DNA from: Eledone cirrhosa
Taxonomy: Eukaryota
DNA: 64,000 nt
Assembly: GCA_964016885.1 (NCBI GenBank)
Contig: OZ024741.1
Location: forward strand, 60,698,001-60,762,000
Direction: 5' to 3'
The stretch's first letter is position 1; every line of letters begins with the position of its first letter. The notes under the pieces are model-generated. The model had not been told where the DNA came from. It made no database searches and worked only from the letters and a program-made list of their open reading frames with translations. A program made the position numbers and the translations under genes. Positions 49,804-63,620 of the stretch are shown here, one piece after another.

Positions 49804-51384
49804 ATAGTCCGTTTGTCCATCTGCTTGACTATTATGCATTCAAAGACCGGTGGAACAACCATGTCCAAACTTGGAATGAGCTCATTAGACTCAGGAATAG
49901 ATTTTCCTCACACTTGGACCTATATTCATTTGTTTGTTTGTTTGTCTCTCTGTTAATTTGTGACCAGGGTCGTTATCGTGAGTTATCGTCTCCACTAAGA
50001 CGGAATGTGACGGAGAATAGAAAGAAGGAAGAAGTGATAATTTGAAAGAAAGTCAGCACACGTAAATTGTAATAGATTGCTGAAAGCCAACGTTGGAACT
50101 AAGCAACAAACACACGCTTCTTTCAGTATTGGACGTTCCTTTCTCTATACTGCATGAAAGGAGGTATGTCTAAAACAAATAACCCACACGCGTCCAATAA
50201 ACATATAGAAACAAAACTCGCCTGCTTTATCAAAGTCTGCTTTCTCCTCTATCGGTTCCATCATATTTTGCCATACTTTCTTTAATTAACTTCGGTATGT
50301 GTGTATATATGTCATATCTGCTTCATATTTAGCTTTTTACCTTCCGTATGTGTGTATATATATGTTATATCTGCTTCATATTTAGCCCCTTTAGGGGCAT
50401 TGTATTTGTATTTTAACGCTGGCTAATGAAAGTGAGTAACTCTGAGTAAGCCGTGGTTATAGTTGATTGCGATGGTGACACTGTTGACGTCTCACCTTTA
50501 CCATGATTACCAACATTATTCTTCCAAACTCAAGAAATCTTCTGGATATAAGTTTCAAAATAGAGGCAACGGAAAGGGCTTCCAGTTAGATACTCTCAAC
50601 AAAATATTCATACTGTTTAAATACACAACACGTCTCCGATATCCAAATGTCTAAATGTTAGTAGATGGGCACCCAGGAGTTATGACATGAATGCAGCCCG
50701 GCCCCCTTAGAGTGCAAGAAATTAAAGGCCGAAACACCTGCGTGAGGGATGTTCCTTCTCTGAAGACCTGCTGTCCAGCTCTTCTCAGAGTTTCTTACCA
50801 CTATCTTCTTCATATCATTCCCATGTGTGTGTGTGTATATATATGCCACATCTTCGTATAAATCTCCGTGTGTATATGTGTATGTAGCAGCCTCTATTTA
50901 AATTTGGAGTTCTTTGTTTGCTTTATAAAAATACCACCAAAATATGTATATAAATATATGTAAATAGCCTTAATAAAATGAATGTTAAAACTATACAACG
51001 ATATTGAGCACTCTATTCGTACGGGCCTATAAAATCAGGATCACCCATGAAATAGATAAATCATCGCATGATTCACTACTGTCCAGTAACATCACGGATA
51101 TGGTATCATTTGGAATGCATTATTGTACTTCTGAATATTAAAAAATAAAGTGTCTTGATTCAGGAGTTGTACCAATCAGCAGTCCCTATTCGTTCAGGTA
51201 ATAGTTTAATCTCAATCTTTCATTTAAACAGCACAATCCAGTTGACACTCCATTCCATTTTTTAGCATAACATTTTGGACAAATTTTATTCATTGAAAAA
51301 ATTCGGATTAAATGTTCTGAGGTTAAAGCAATAGAAACATATTTATCGTCCTACTCTCGAAAATACACAAATTACACAAACATT

Positions 51385-51443
<59 letters not shown>

Positions 51444-51483
51444 AAGTGTTAAAACGATCAAATTTTAATTGACAACATTTATT

Positions 51484-51530
51484 TGCTGACAATTGTTTCT
51501 TCCAGAGGGAAGTCTAGAATCATCGGAGCA
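51484..51530 (-). ncRNA. Hammerhead-like motif, CCGATGA core
   Basis: Minus strand: tgct-CCGATGA-ttctaga..tctggaa-GAAA-caattg (palindrome)-TC|agca. Confidence 0.65.
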
Positions 51531-51925
51531 TAGGGAATGTCGAAACAAGTGACTACAATCCTAGTCATTCAGAACATTTAGGGTATATAATTGTTATTAG
51601 TGTCATAGACATTCTGTGGAGAGTCAGGAGTTAAAAAGATGTTATGCTTGAGAGAACATAATTACAGGCAGCACTGGTTGAAAGTGTAAGAGGTATAAGC
51701 AAAAAGTACAGGCAAAAAAGTTATAAGCAAGGAAAAATGTAGGATAGGATAGACATAAGATATAAGATATAAGATATCTTAACATTGAAGAACAGTTAAT
51801 GTTATGGGTGTACAATGCAGGAGTCAATACAGTCAATAAGGCATGTATGAGGAAAGAGTTATAATGCAGTTGAAATAAATATATTTTGTGTGGGGTGTTA
51901 AAGCATGTTATAATTGTTAGAAGTG

Positions 51926-51974
<49 letters not shown>

Positions 51975-51977
<3 letters not shown>

Positions 51978-53455
51978 TACACAATAATCAAAGCTATGTT
52001 CAAATCATTTTATTGCTGACAATGGTTTCTTCCAAACTATCGTTTGGAATCATCGGAGCAGTAGCAATGTTTGTACATATAATTAACCTCCTATTCAAAT
52101 TAACAATCATATAGATACATGGATATTAATGTCAACAACAGTTTCGTATTTACAGGGTGGAATGGATGCGACATAGATTACAAGAGAATTGTACAATAAT
52201 TAAAATTAAAAATTAAAAATTAAAAATTAAAAATTAAAAAGGTACAGAGTGGAATGCAAGCGACAGAGATTATAAGGGAATAGTATAACAATTAACTAAC
52301 TTTATACTATACAATAACTATTTAGAATAAACACAAAGCTAACACCATTTAATATAACCACTATAGCTTGCTTATATTATATTCAGTAATGGATAGATAA
52401 TAATATGATGAGACACTTAATGTAGTATAGAAAAATAAATTATATTTATAATTAAATATATAAATTAATAGCATTATATATATGGGATTCACTTATAATA
52501 TAATATAATGTATATTAATAGCACAAGAGATTTAATTAATTAGACCTGTAAACAATTATACATTTTTTCCTGTAACTTTCTTATACTTTATTAAGTAATG
52601 AATAGATAACAATATAATGATAACTTTAATGTATTATAGGAAAATAGATTCTATTTAAAATTAAATATAAACAAATAGCATTATATAAAATAGATTCTGA
52701 GTTCAAATCCCGCCGAGGTTAACTTTACCATTCATCCTTACGGGGGCGATAAAATAAAGTACCAGTAATGTACTGGGTACTTGCTGACCTTGTACCAAAA
52801 GTAGAAACAATTATATGAAAGGGATTCACTTATAATATAATGTATATCAACACAAGGATGTTAACAGATTGGAGCTGTAAAGAAATTTACATTTTTCTAA
52901 TTTCTATCATATACAATGTAATTGCTAGTTACCTTCCCTTTCGTATTAGCTCCCCTTAGTATAGATCAAACTCACTTCCGGAAATTAAACCGTTAGTAAA
53001 ATCACTCCACAGCAACTTGAAACCCTGATAGCAATATAATAGGACCGGTGTACAATCCATGGCTGTGACTGATTAAAAACATTCACTAAAATAAAACATA
53101 GCCAATGTAATGGAAAAGATAGCAATAACATTGATACTCTCAGCACATATACATTTGAACATTACAGAAACAAGTCACACTACATCCACCATAAACACAT
53201 AGTTTTAATACAAATACAACTTTGCCTCATATGCTTATTTCATGTGATACCTTTGCCTTGCAAAAAATTATATATGCCATTGCTTGTTTCCTTCATGTAT
53301 ATGACTAATGCATTTGCACTCTCTTAACGCTTACATATGTACTGCTAGTGTGCTCGTTTTACGAGTAACTTTCTACCTGAATGCCTCTTTAATTGTTATA
53401 CTATTCCCTTATAATCTCTGTCGCTTGTATTCCACTCTGTACCTTTTTAATTGTT
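51975..53455. mobile_element. Family-D-related PLE UTR/pLTR remnant with internal inversion; contains a truncated SINE (52695-52815)
   Basis: 52232-52295 is the reverse complement of 53388-53452; the D-type UTR motif agttaccttccct..cacttccgg lies at ~52927. Confidence 0.6.
52014..52060 (-). ncRNA. Hammerhead-like motif, CCGATGA core
   Basis: Minus strand: tgct-CCGATGA-ttccaaac/gata/gtttggaa-GAAA-ccattg-TC|agca. Confidence 0.62.
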
Positions 53456-55834
53456 AATACTAAATGGGGATGTTTGTGTGCATAGTAAAATGTAGTAGTA
53501 ACGGTAAAGCTAAAGCTAGACAAATATATTTCGCGCCCACCTTCGAAGAGCACAAATTACACGAATATTACTACAAAGAAAATCAATGGATATACTTTCC
53601 TGAGTATTTGTTTTCAAAATATATGAAGGCTGCAACATAGACACAAAGTGGAAATCTCTTTTAAAATTAACGTACCTTGCCCAGACTGGTAGGAGACAAA
53701 ATCATAGAAACAATGCTCTCAAACTATATAAAGTGATAACAAAAAACAAAATTGAAAATAACTTGAATGGAACATTTCTTTTTTGAACGCCTTTTTTTTT
53801 CTTACATTCAAAATACCCGCCTTATTTCAATGATGGAATAAAGTGTTCCATTGAAATTCCGGCATCTCTGCTGGAAGATAGCATTAGATATATCGCCTCG
53901 CTTCTATTTATTGTAGAAAAAAACAATGTAGTTTAATATTCATCTTCCAACTGTATCGTTTCGTTGTAAATTTTTAATTCAACTTATTTTCGTCTAAGTG
54001 TCTTAAAATTATCACTATTCCTTTCTTCTTAAACTAAAAAGTTGTGAAACTATTTTCTAATAAAAAATATACAAGAATGATAGGTAACAAGGAAAAAAAG
54101 TGAATTCAAAATAACCGCCAAACTTCAATGGTGAGAAAGGTAAATCTATTAAACTCCTTGCTACTAACTTTTACCTCGATATACTTATCACTTCCTCTCC
54201 ATTTGTCGTGTGAAAACAAACACAAACTGTATGTAACTGTTTTACTAATCGTGTTAATTCGAATTTTTTTGTGGTTTGGAATTTGACTATCAACCAACAG
54301 AAAGGTGAATAAGAGAACACTTATGTTTCATTTATTTCTTCGAAATAGATATTTATTCATACTCAGTTGAATACATTTACAAACAGAAAGATGGGAAAGG
54401 GTGGGAAATGTGGAAGGAGCAAGTGAAATTCTCCTTACCGAGCGAAACAAGATGATTATTTCATCAGAATTAATTTTCGTGTGTGTGTGTGTGTGTGTAT
54501 TCAAAACAGGACGTACAGGAGAAAGACAATAGAAAAACGGACAATCCTATGTCCTCAGTCAACCTCAGGAAATCACTACCGTTTCGATGCATTAAGGTTA
54601 ATAATGCTCCTTTCAGTGCACATTTGGACATGACAAAACACGTAGACTAAGACAAGACAACATATGCCTTTTGGCGAACTATACAAATGAAAGGAAAAAT
54701 ATACCTCAAGTGCGTCAACTGACAAAGAATGGAAGAATGGAGACAACGTTGCGCGAAGGCTTAGCCAAAGCAGAAATATATATATATAAGGAGAGCAATA
54801 GAAAACCCCAAAAGAATAAGGACTGCAGACCAGCTTGCAAACAAAGCATAATGACACTGAGGCGTAGAAAGGGTAAGAAGGGAGAATAGGAGGACAGACC
54901 AGCCGGTGTAATATCTATTATATGATAGCTTTAAAAAAATCCCGCATAGCTAAGTCATATATATATATATATAAGTAGGAAGTGGAATGAGACAAAAACA
55001 TGTCGAAGTAGAGTATATGAAATGTGCACCCTGTAAGAATTTAGCGGGAAATGTCTATAAATGGATTTGTAAATTCAAATGTTTATAATGTCTGTACTAG
55101 TGGACATATTGTTGTGGAAATTTGCAGTATTAACGTAAAATCTTTTGTTTATAATGTGATGCATGGTGTTTTCTACTTTTCAAAATGTATTTCTAATATG
55201 GATTCATATGGTACATGTCTTTAAGTTAAAAGAAGGTAGGTTTTATTGTTGATTGAGAGGGAGAGAAAGGAAGAAACACAATTTCTTTCTAATAGATAAT
55301 TCATATGACGTGATGACTCTTGTAAAAAGGCTAATTTTTAATCAAACTTGACTCTCTCAGCAGAGCAGCTTAAACGAATTTGTTGCATGAATTTTAATTA
55401 AAATTCGCAAAAGTTATATGTAATATTATTTCTTTTAAAACGAGAGCTATATTGAACACGTTCCTTAATGATACACATATTGAAATTTTCAACTTAATTA
55501 TTTGTTTAAGAGAATCATTAGTTAACATATGAATACATCGATCGAGATGTATTAAGACATTTATAAAAATTAAAAAGTAAACACAAGTATATTTTCTATA
55601 AAGTATTTATAAAAGCTAAAAAATAAACACGTTCTATAAAGGCAGGTTGCTTTGGTGAATGTTCCGAGGAACTCATTAGCGTTTCGTAAAGAAGAAAATA
55701 CATCTAAATTCGATAATTATATATAATTATTAATGAACTATAATCATTAGATATTCTGCAAACAGATACATTGACATTAGCAGGGAATAATGGATATCTA
55801 AAATATAATGAAATGAGCTTCTGTTGGTTTTGAC

Positions 55835-56150
55835 AATGAGTATTCCAGTTGATCGAGCAATGAAACGGCCTGCTCAAGAAATTAATATGTAAGTGGTTAA
55901 GTATTTGATAGATACGTAATTCTCAGGGAGATTTAGCAAGACAGTCTATGACAAGGCTGTCCCTTTGAATTACAGGTACAGTCTATCCGCTGGGCCTCCA
56001 AACAGTTTCCATCTATCTAATTTCACTCACAAGGCATGGTTCAAACTGGGGCTATAGTAAATGAAATATGACCAGGATTGCGCGCAGTGATATCGATCCC
56101 GGGACCTCATCTTTGCGAAGTCAACTTCTTAACTATTCAGGCATGCGGCG
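55835..56150 (-). mobile_element. Degenerate tRNA-derived SINE (family 1)
   Basis: Colinear with 588-900. Confidence 0.7.
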
Positions 56151-56377
56151 TCCACTAAAATGGTATATTAACTAAGTAAAAGCTATGAATCAATACTATT
56201 AGAAATTAGCCGATAATGTGTATCTTTGGCCCACAGGAATAACATGAATATCGGAAATATACTGAAGGAAAATCTGATGATATAGTAACAAATAAAATAT
56301 ATTTAACACTCACTGGATGACCTAAGAAGCATTGAGAAAATTTGAATCGTAGTCGTCATATCGCAAGTGATTATAAT

Positions 56378-56557
56378 AATTGTTTCTGCTTTTGGCACAA
56401 AGCCAGCAATTATCCCAGTGCATTACTGGTACTTTATTTTATCGACACCGTAAGGATGAAAGGCAAAGTTAACCTCAGCGGGATTTGAACTGAGACCGAA
56501 AAGGGACGTAACTATATGCTACAAAGCATGGCGTTCGACTCTCTACCGATACTGCCA
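56378..56557 (-). mobile_element. tRNA-derived SINE (family 2)
   Basis: Reverse complement of the 21783 copies. Confidence 0.85.
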
Positions 56558-57723
56558 GGGTATGCTATTGATAATGTTGGTAGTGACATAACCCAAGATG
56601 TGTGTGTGTCCGGAGACAAAAGAACCAAACTCCCACTGTCACTGCTTACGTCTCTAGCTCTCTCCTATCTCTCACTGTTAGAGCAAATGGGAGCCCACAC
56701 GCTTGTCGCCCCACACCCCAGTGGTCAGAATAGAGAAGGTGTTTTCCCGGAGATGGTGAGGAAGTCGCACTACACGGTGGTTAAAAATTGTGTAAAGAGC
56801 ACCTACCGACAGAGTAAGCTGACAGCTGCCTGCCAAGAAATGAACTCAGTATCTGTCCACACCAGGGATACGTTGCCCGATTTTCTTAGCTATCGTTTAT
56901 GGTGATCCACTATTACTTTAATCATTTGCGTGGAAACGACTACATTTTAAATATAAATAATTCCAATCACATTAAATAAAGAATTAAAAAGAGAAAATAT
57001 ATAGTTTGAAGTAATATATTATAGGAAAATTGTCGGAGTTATTGCAATGAAAGCAAGAAGTACTGTGTTATAATTGCCACAATTATAAGCAAGTTTAACT
57101 GCATTACGTAATCCCAATTATAAATAAATACATACTTTTTGTAATAAATACATATTACAAAAAGTACTTGTAGCTTAAATTATTTTAAGTATGTATTAAA
57201 AATGTAGATGAGAGAAAACCGATAATATACTGTCATTATGAACTCTAAATATTAATTTAGCAGCTTTAAGTGTATTGGAGTAAAAGAGTAAGTGTAAATA
57301 TGTTACGGAGATATACAGGTTTAGCTATTTGTTTTGTTAGTAGGAAAAACGGTGATGATGATATATATATGTGTATGTGTGTATTTATATATATGTATGT
57401 AGTATATATATGTATATATGTATATATATATTGGTATATGTATATACAGAGAGAGAGGGGGGAGTGGTCATGGACTGAGACTGAACAAGTCAGAGAGAGA
57501 GACGGAGACAGAGAGAGAGAGGGAGTGAGAGAGAGAGAGAGAGAGAGGGTGGTCATGGACTGAGATTGGAGAGATACACAGGTTTATCCATTTGTTTTGT
57601 TAGTAGGAATTTGTGTTTTCATGTGAAGAAAAACTGTTTTTATTACCATAATTACATTAGTTTTATTTATCTGTGGAACAAGCATAGTCAAATGCTTAAC
57701 AAGTTTGCTTCGCAATCATTATA

Positions 57724-57829
57724 TCCGCCGAGGTTAACTTTGCCTTTCATCCTTACGGGGTCGATAAAATAAAGTACCAGTAATGCACTGGGTAATTGCT
57801 GGCCTTGTGCCAAAAGTAGAAACAATTAT
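57724..57829 (+). mobile_element. 5'-truncated family-2 SINE
   Basis: ccgccgaggttaactttgcctttcatccttacggggtcgataaaataaagtaccag..aagtagaaacaattat. Confidence 0.85.
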
Positions 57830-58767
57830 GTCCAGACTTTGATTCTGCTGTGTGGAATCTTGGAAAGCGTTATTTACCATAGTAGATCTATGCCATATGA
57901 GTGAAATTGGTACATGGAAACTGTTTAAAAGCCTGTTTAAAAGGCTGGACTCTACCTGGAATTCAAATGGTCAGCTTTGTCACTGTGTCACACTGAATTT
58001 TCCAGAAAAGTACGTTAAGGGTGTATGTGTCGGTTACATTTTCAATCACTTAAACGTTAATTTAAAAACAGCCTGTTACATTGGTAGTACAACTAGAACA
58101 CTCGTCGTTGCAACAGCTAGAGAGTTAGAGAGATAATTGAATAGAGTGTAGCGTTGAGTTCGAAACACGTTTAAGCTGCAGTTTGTTTTTAAAATATGAA
58201 AGAATATGGTATGTTATGTTATGGACAGCTGACTCCTGATGACGTCTTAGTGGTGCCATATTGACATACGGTGTTTTTTGAGGCATTATAAAACCTGACG
58301 GAACCTGTCCCCTCTCCAAATCTGAACACAGCAGATTTCTTCCAAAGAGGATAGAGTGTGATAGAGAGAGAGAGGGGTGAGAAAAAGATATACAAGAATC
58401 GGCCCCAGTAATGGACTGGTATCTTGGTTGTTGACCTTGAAAATATGAAAGGCAAAGTTGGCCACAGCGGCATTTGAACACTAAGAGTAGACAGAGAGAA
58501 TGAATGCCACAAAGAGATCTTCTAATTACCAGCATGGGAGAGAATATAAATATGGAAATTAATTCCGTGTCTCTCCACAGTCGTCTGCTAAGGACATTGG
58601 TAGGTTTCAATTCAATATGGAATACATGATTACAAATTATATAGTCAGTTGATTACGTCATTCTATTCTCATTTCATAGATTGAAGCATAAAGATGATTG
58701 AATATTTAGTTTCACATCATAATTACGTTGAAAATAAGCATAGATATGTGCAAATATAATTTATATA

Positions 58768-58837
<70 letters not shown>

Positions 58838-59028
58838 AACGAGTAGGACCTCGACGGCTGAGCTCAAGCCGTTTCGACGGCTAATTCTGGACTGTTATGG
58901 TCCACCTGGTTCCTTACCACATTTCCTTCGTTATATATATATATATATATATTTCTGTAGTTATAAGTTTAATCCTCATCCCCTCACAAATATACATATA
59001 CAAACCATCTAGCTCTTCGTCTATCACG

Positions 59029-59119
<91 letters not shown>

Positions 59120-59525
59120 ATGTAGAGGTGAGTAATATTGTAGAACAATAAAACTATGCATATATCAGATAAGTAGCACTCAACAGTTGGTAGAAATGGA
59201 GTATATATAATAAAGAAGAAATTAAAAGATGGTTAAAAGAGTTCCATATATTTTATTATGCGCATTTCGAATACAAAATCATCCTGGGACAAAAATTGTG
59301 TTCTCATCAGATAAAATAACTTAACATGATATGAGACATAATAGCACTTGTTTACAGGAAAGTGCTAAGTCTACATATGTAGACTTAGCAATTTATGTAG
59401 ACTTAGCACTTTCCTGTAAACAAGTGCTATTATGCCTCACATCATGTTACCTTATTTTATCTGATGAGAACAAATTTTTGTCCCAGGATGATTTTGTATT
59501 CAAAATGCACATAATAAAATATATG
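59120..59525 (-). mobile_element. Family-C pLTR foldback; intact HHR at 59249-59318 (-), mutated HHR at 59453-59521 (+)
   Basis: Homologous to 35952-36368; the plus-strand arm has AAAA for GAAA and tgcaca for tgcgca. Confidence 0.82.
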
Positions 59526-59798
59526 TGTTTGGGAGCGAGTCTCTCTTTGGGGCCTCTATATACGGACACGTGTGTGTATGTGCATGTGCATGTCTATGTA
59601 TATGTCTGTACGTGTTTGTGTATATGAGCAGATATACGCGTACGCATGTGTGTGTCCATGTGTGCGTGTGTGTATGTGCGCGTGTGTGAGAGCTGATGTA
59701 CGCGAGCATGTAGGCAGGCGTCTGTGGACGCGTATGTTGTTTGTTATATGGTTGTGTGCGTGTGTGTGTGTATGTGAGTGTGTGTATGTGAGTGTGTG

Positions 59799-59848
<50 letters not shown>

Positions 59849-59879
59849 TGTATATATGTGTATGTATGTGTGTATGTAT

Positions 59880-60487
59880 GTCAGGTCACCCGTTGGTGCT
59901 ACTGGTAACATGTATCCCAGTACAACCTGTCCCATGGTCGGGTCGTTGGCGACTAAACTGACAACCCCACCAAGGTTTCTTGGTGAGGAGGGTGACTTTG
60001 GACATCCTGCAGGACTAAAAACAAAACCTGTCAAAGGCCAAAGGAGCTCTTAAGAGTCAATGGCCATCCAAAATCACCGGGAGAGATGACCCCTTAGCCT
60101 TTGTCAAGGCAGAATTCTAGGAGAAGGAAAACTCTGATATAACACCTGCAACCCTGATGGTATCCAATGATGTTGACTTGTTCTTCTTTTTGGTAAATAT
60201 CATCTTGGTTAAGAGAGTGGGACTGGCTTTGTGCAGTGCCTTTGCTCACTATAAAAGCTTCACGACACAGGCATTGCTTTATATCTGGAGATCTCTCTGC
60301 ACTTGTCGTCACATGGTACCATGGGCCCAGCGCTATGTGTCAATAATTGTCACAAGTGTAGTGTTTGGACCAGAGTTTTCAAGTCTCTGGCTGGACTAAA
60401 AAGTCACTTGTTCAGCGCATCGGTAGGGGTTCTCCTACATGGATATAAAGTAGTGGCCGTACTCGAAAACGAGTTGGCAGCCACCAT
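59880..60487 (+). mobile_element. Bipartite non-autonomous RTE derivative (5' UTR joined to the last zinc finger and 3' tail)
   Basis: ttctaggagaagg, gatgttga..ttcttctttt, gagagtggga and cacaggcattgc are shared with the RTE 5' UTR; [18 protein letters not shown]; tail ggccgtactcgaaaacgag..gcagccaccat. Confidence 0.8.
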
Positions 60488-60967
60488 GTATGTATATTTG
60501 TGTGTATGTGTATATGTATGTGTATGTGTGTGAGTATATGTGTATGTGTATGCGAGTGGACTTGTGAAATACCAAATTCAGCATGAATTAATTGAAGTGT
60601 GTCAGGCAGAGGATAGCTGATTGACAGTCTGACAGCAACTATTGGCCAGAATTTATGATGACGTAGGAAAACAACAGCCAACAGCAGAACAAGCAAGGAA
60701 GATGTTTTTTTTACGCTAACACCCCAGTGAGGACATTTGATCAGGAATTATTGCCAGTGTCCGACGAACCTGCAGTTCCAGAATCAGACAGATCCATACA
60801 ATGATCGTGTCTCGAGCTGTCTGCCGACGAAACAATTGTAACACACAATAAATTGAGTCTGGATGCATCACTGATTTTTTGCTTTATATTATATCACAAT
60901 CTGCTCTGTAAGAACATAGAGTGCTCAACAGGCATACCACCTATGGAAGCATCATAGCTACCATCAA

Positions 60968-61032
<65 letters not shown>

Positions 61033-61194
61033 TATACATATATATATATACATATATATATACATATACATATATATATACATATATATATATATATCTA
61101 CATATATATCTACATATATATATGTATATACATATATATATGTATATATATATATACATGTGAGAAAAACCACAGACCCTCCATCTCAACTCTA

Positions 61195-61230
61195 CTTTTG
61201 AAAAGCAGAAGAACTGCGAAACCGGTAAAG
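61195..61230 (+). ncRNA. Minimal hammerhead motif with U3-A8 core variant
   Basis: ctt-TTGAAAA-gcag/aagaa/ctgc-GAAA-ccgg (palindrome)-TA|aag. Confidence 0.55.
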
Positions 61231-61466
61231 GAACCAAATAAATATATATATTTTTTTAAATAAGAGTCCAGTTGCATTTTCGATTTCATCTTTTTTTCTT
61301 TATACTTTCACACGTGTAGGACACCTCGGTTATTTTTCATTTTGTAAAAACACCCTCACTTTCTAATACATATATATATATATATATATTATATATATAC
61401 ATATATATATGTATATATATATATATATATATATACATATATATACTTATATATATATATATATAC

Positions 61467-61498
<32 letters not shown>

Positions 61499-61590
61499 TC
61501 TAGTCGATCGACTTTCGTCAAATCGGACCGAGGAAACTATGTTTCCGTTGGTCTTTCCAATTGCTAATACTATCTATCGGTCGCAACTCC

Positions 61591-61714
61591 AGGTAGAAGG
61601 AGCAACGTGAAATAAAGTGTCTTGCTCAAGGACATAACGCATCGCCTGGTTCAGGAATCGAACTCACAACCTCACGATTGTGAATCCAATACTCTAACCA
61701 CTCAGCCACACGCC
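61591..61714 (-). mobile_element. tRNA-derived SINE head with V-domain-like sequence
   Basis: Minus strand: A box tggctgagtgg, B box gagttcgattcc, then gtccttgagcaagacacttta. Confidence 0.8.
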
Positions 61715-61756
61715 TTCATATATATATATATATATACATATCTATACATATGTATA

Positions 61757-61815
<59 letters not shown>

Positions 61816-61847
61816 GTATATATATATATATATATACATATATATAC

Positions 61848-61908
<61 letters not shown>

Positions 61909-61913
61909 TATAC

Positions 61914-61996
<83 letters not shown>

Positions 61997-62023
61997 TATA
62001 CATATATATACATATATATACAT

Positions 62024-63091
62024 ACCAGATACAAAAATGCGTACACCAAACAAAAGTAATATTGTTGGAATATAAACCTTTAAAAATACAGGACAAGAAA
62101 CTAAGATAAAACTTTAAAAGAATAGGACAAGAAACTAAGATAAAACTTTAAAGAATTGGACAAGAAACAAAAAATTTTACAATAATATTAGTGGCAAAAT
62201 TTTTGTTGGTAAAAAATCGAGTTCCACATTCATAGGCTCTGGGTTCCACATTCAGAGGTCGTCGTCAGACCAGAGGATCATTTGATCCTGGTTTGAACAC
62301 CAATTGGGCCATAACCATACCCCTAATTCATCATTCGGCGACACGCCTCATGTGTCATGCATAATGTGAATGGACCCATGGGCCCATGAGCACAGATCTT
62401 GAGCAGCAGCGGACGGTCTTGTCGTCCCGCTCATCCTTGATCTTGACCAACCCGTCCATCTTCTCCTTGCATCTTGTCCTTGAGTTCAAGTCCGGCAGTC
62501 CAGATGAATGCGTGCCACAGCTTTCTGGTACAGGAAGGGGGAGCAGGAGGACTGGAGGGATGACGGGACAGAGGGAGGGAGGACCGGTGGTTGAGGGAGG
62601 TGCCGTAGTCGGTGGTCAGAGTCGACATCTTGTCCCGGTCGTCTTCTCCATCTTCGTCTGGTGTTGCGGGACCAGAAGTGCATTCTTGGAGGAGACCTGC
62701 AGCTGCATCGGCCAATTCTTCTTGCAATGGTCATTCTGACGGAGCAGAACTGATCAGCCAACCAACCCCAACCAGAACCAACCGCTCAGGGGCAACGCAC
62801 AATGAGAGCATGACAATTATTATGCACTAATCAAGAAGATACTGGGGTATAGCTCAGGAAACGAATAAAAAAATGTTGCCACTAATATTATTGTAAAATT
62901 TTTTATTTCTTGTCCAATTCTTTAAAGTTTTATCTTAGTTTCTTGTTTTCTTGTCCTATTCTTTTAAAGTTTTATCTTAGTTTCTTGTCCTATTCTTTTA
63001 AAGTTTTATTTTAGTTTCTTGTCCTGTATTTTTAAAGGTTTATATTCCAACAATATTACTTTCTTTTGCTGTACGCATTTTTCTATCTGGT
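62024..63091. mobile_element. Unclassified element with ~190-220-bp inverted arms (internal 33-bp tandem repeats) around a GC-rich core
   Basis: 62024-62205 is the reverse complement of 62868-63091; repeat unit ggacaagaaactaagataaaactttaaaagaata. Confidence 0.7.
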
Positions 63092-63513
63092 CTACTATTT
63101 TTTAAGGCAATGCAAGCAACAACTATCTAATAATTAAATGATCATAGTGAATTACTGACAAGTGATTGACGTTTTAAAGTTCTTTTGAGTATAATTGCAA
63201 TCTAGTTGAGGCAACTGGCTTAATGACAAAGCTACGTCATTTCTGGATTACCTCCCCTAGCGTCACGCTTACTACTCACTCACATGAACACAAGATTTAT
63301 CAGCAAACTTTGATTATAAACTTTTTCCCGCTAGACCAAATTTATAGATTTTTAAGCCAAAAGATGCGTAATGATCTACTGTTCATGCTCATATAAGTTT
63401 TATCTCAGTTAAATAAAGTAGAGCCGCGCTGTACTGTCGTAAACAGACGAAAACACGACCACAACAATATTACTAAACGGACAACCGTCCGTTTAGGATA
63501 TATATATATATAC

Positions 63514-63608
<95 letters not shown>

Positions 63609-63620
63609 TGTATATATACA

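Noticed and set aside
49959-50262. Possible additional solo LTR (tg...aataaa...ca)
   Set aside because: Single copy, ambiguous start, and no TSD or HHR; insufficient support.
53460-58730. Host gene exons in the less repetitive stretch
   Set aside because: Only short ORFs with no recognisable domain. Small exons cannot be excluded without RNA-seq.
61640-61714. Functional tRNA gene (also the SINE heads at ~840-900 and 21783)
   Set aside because: A and B boxes are present, but the sequence continues into SINE body with no clean cloverleaf or terminator.
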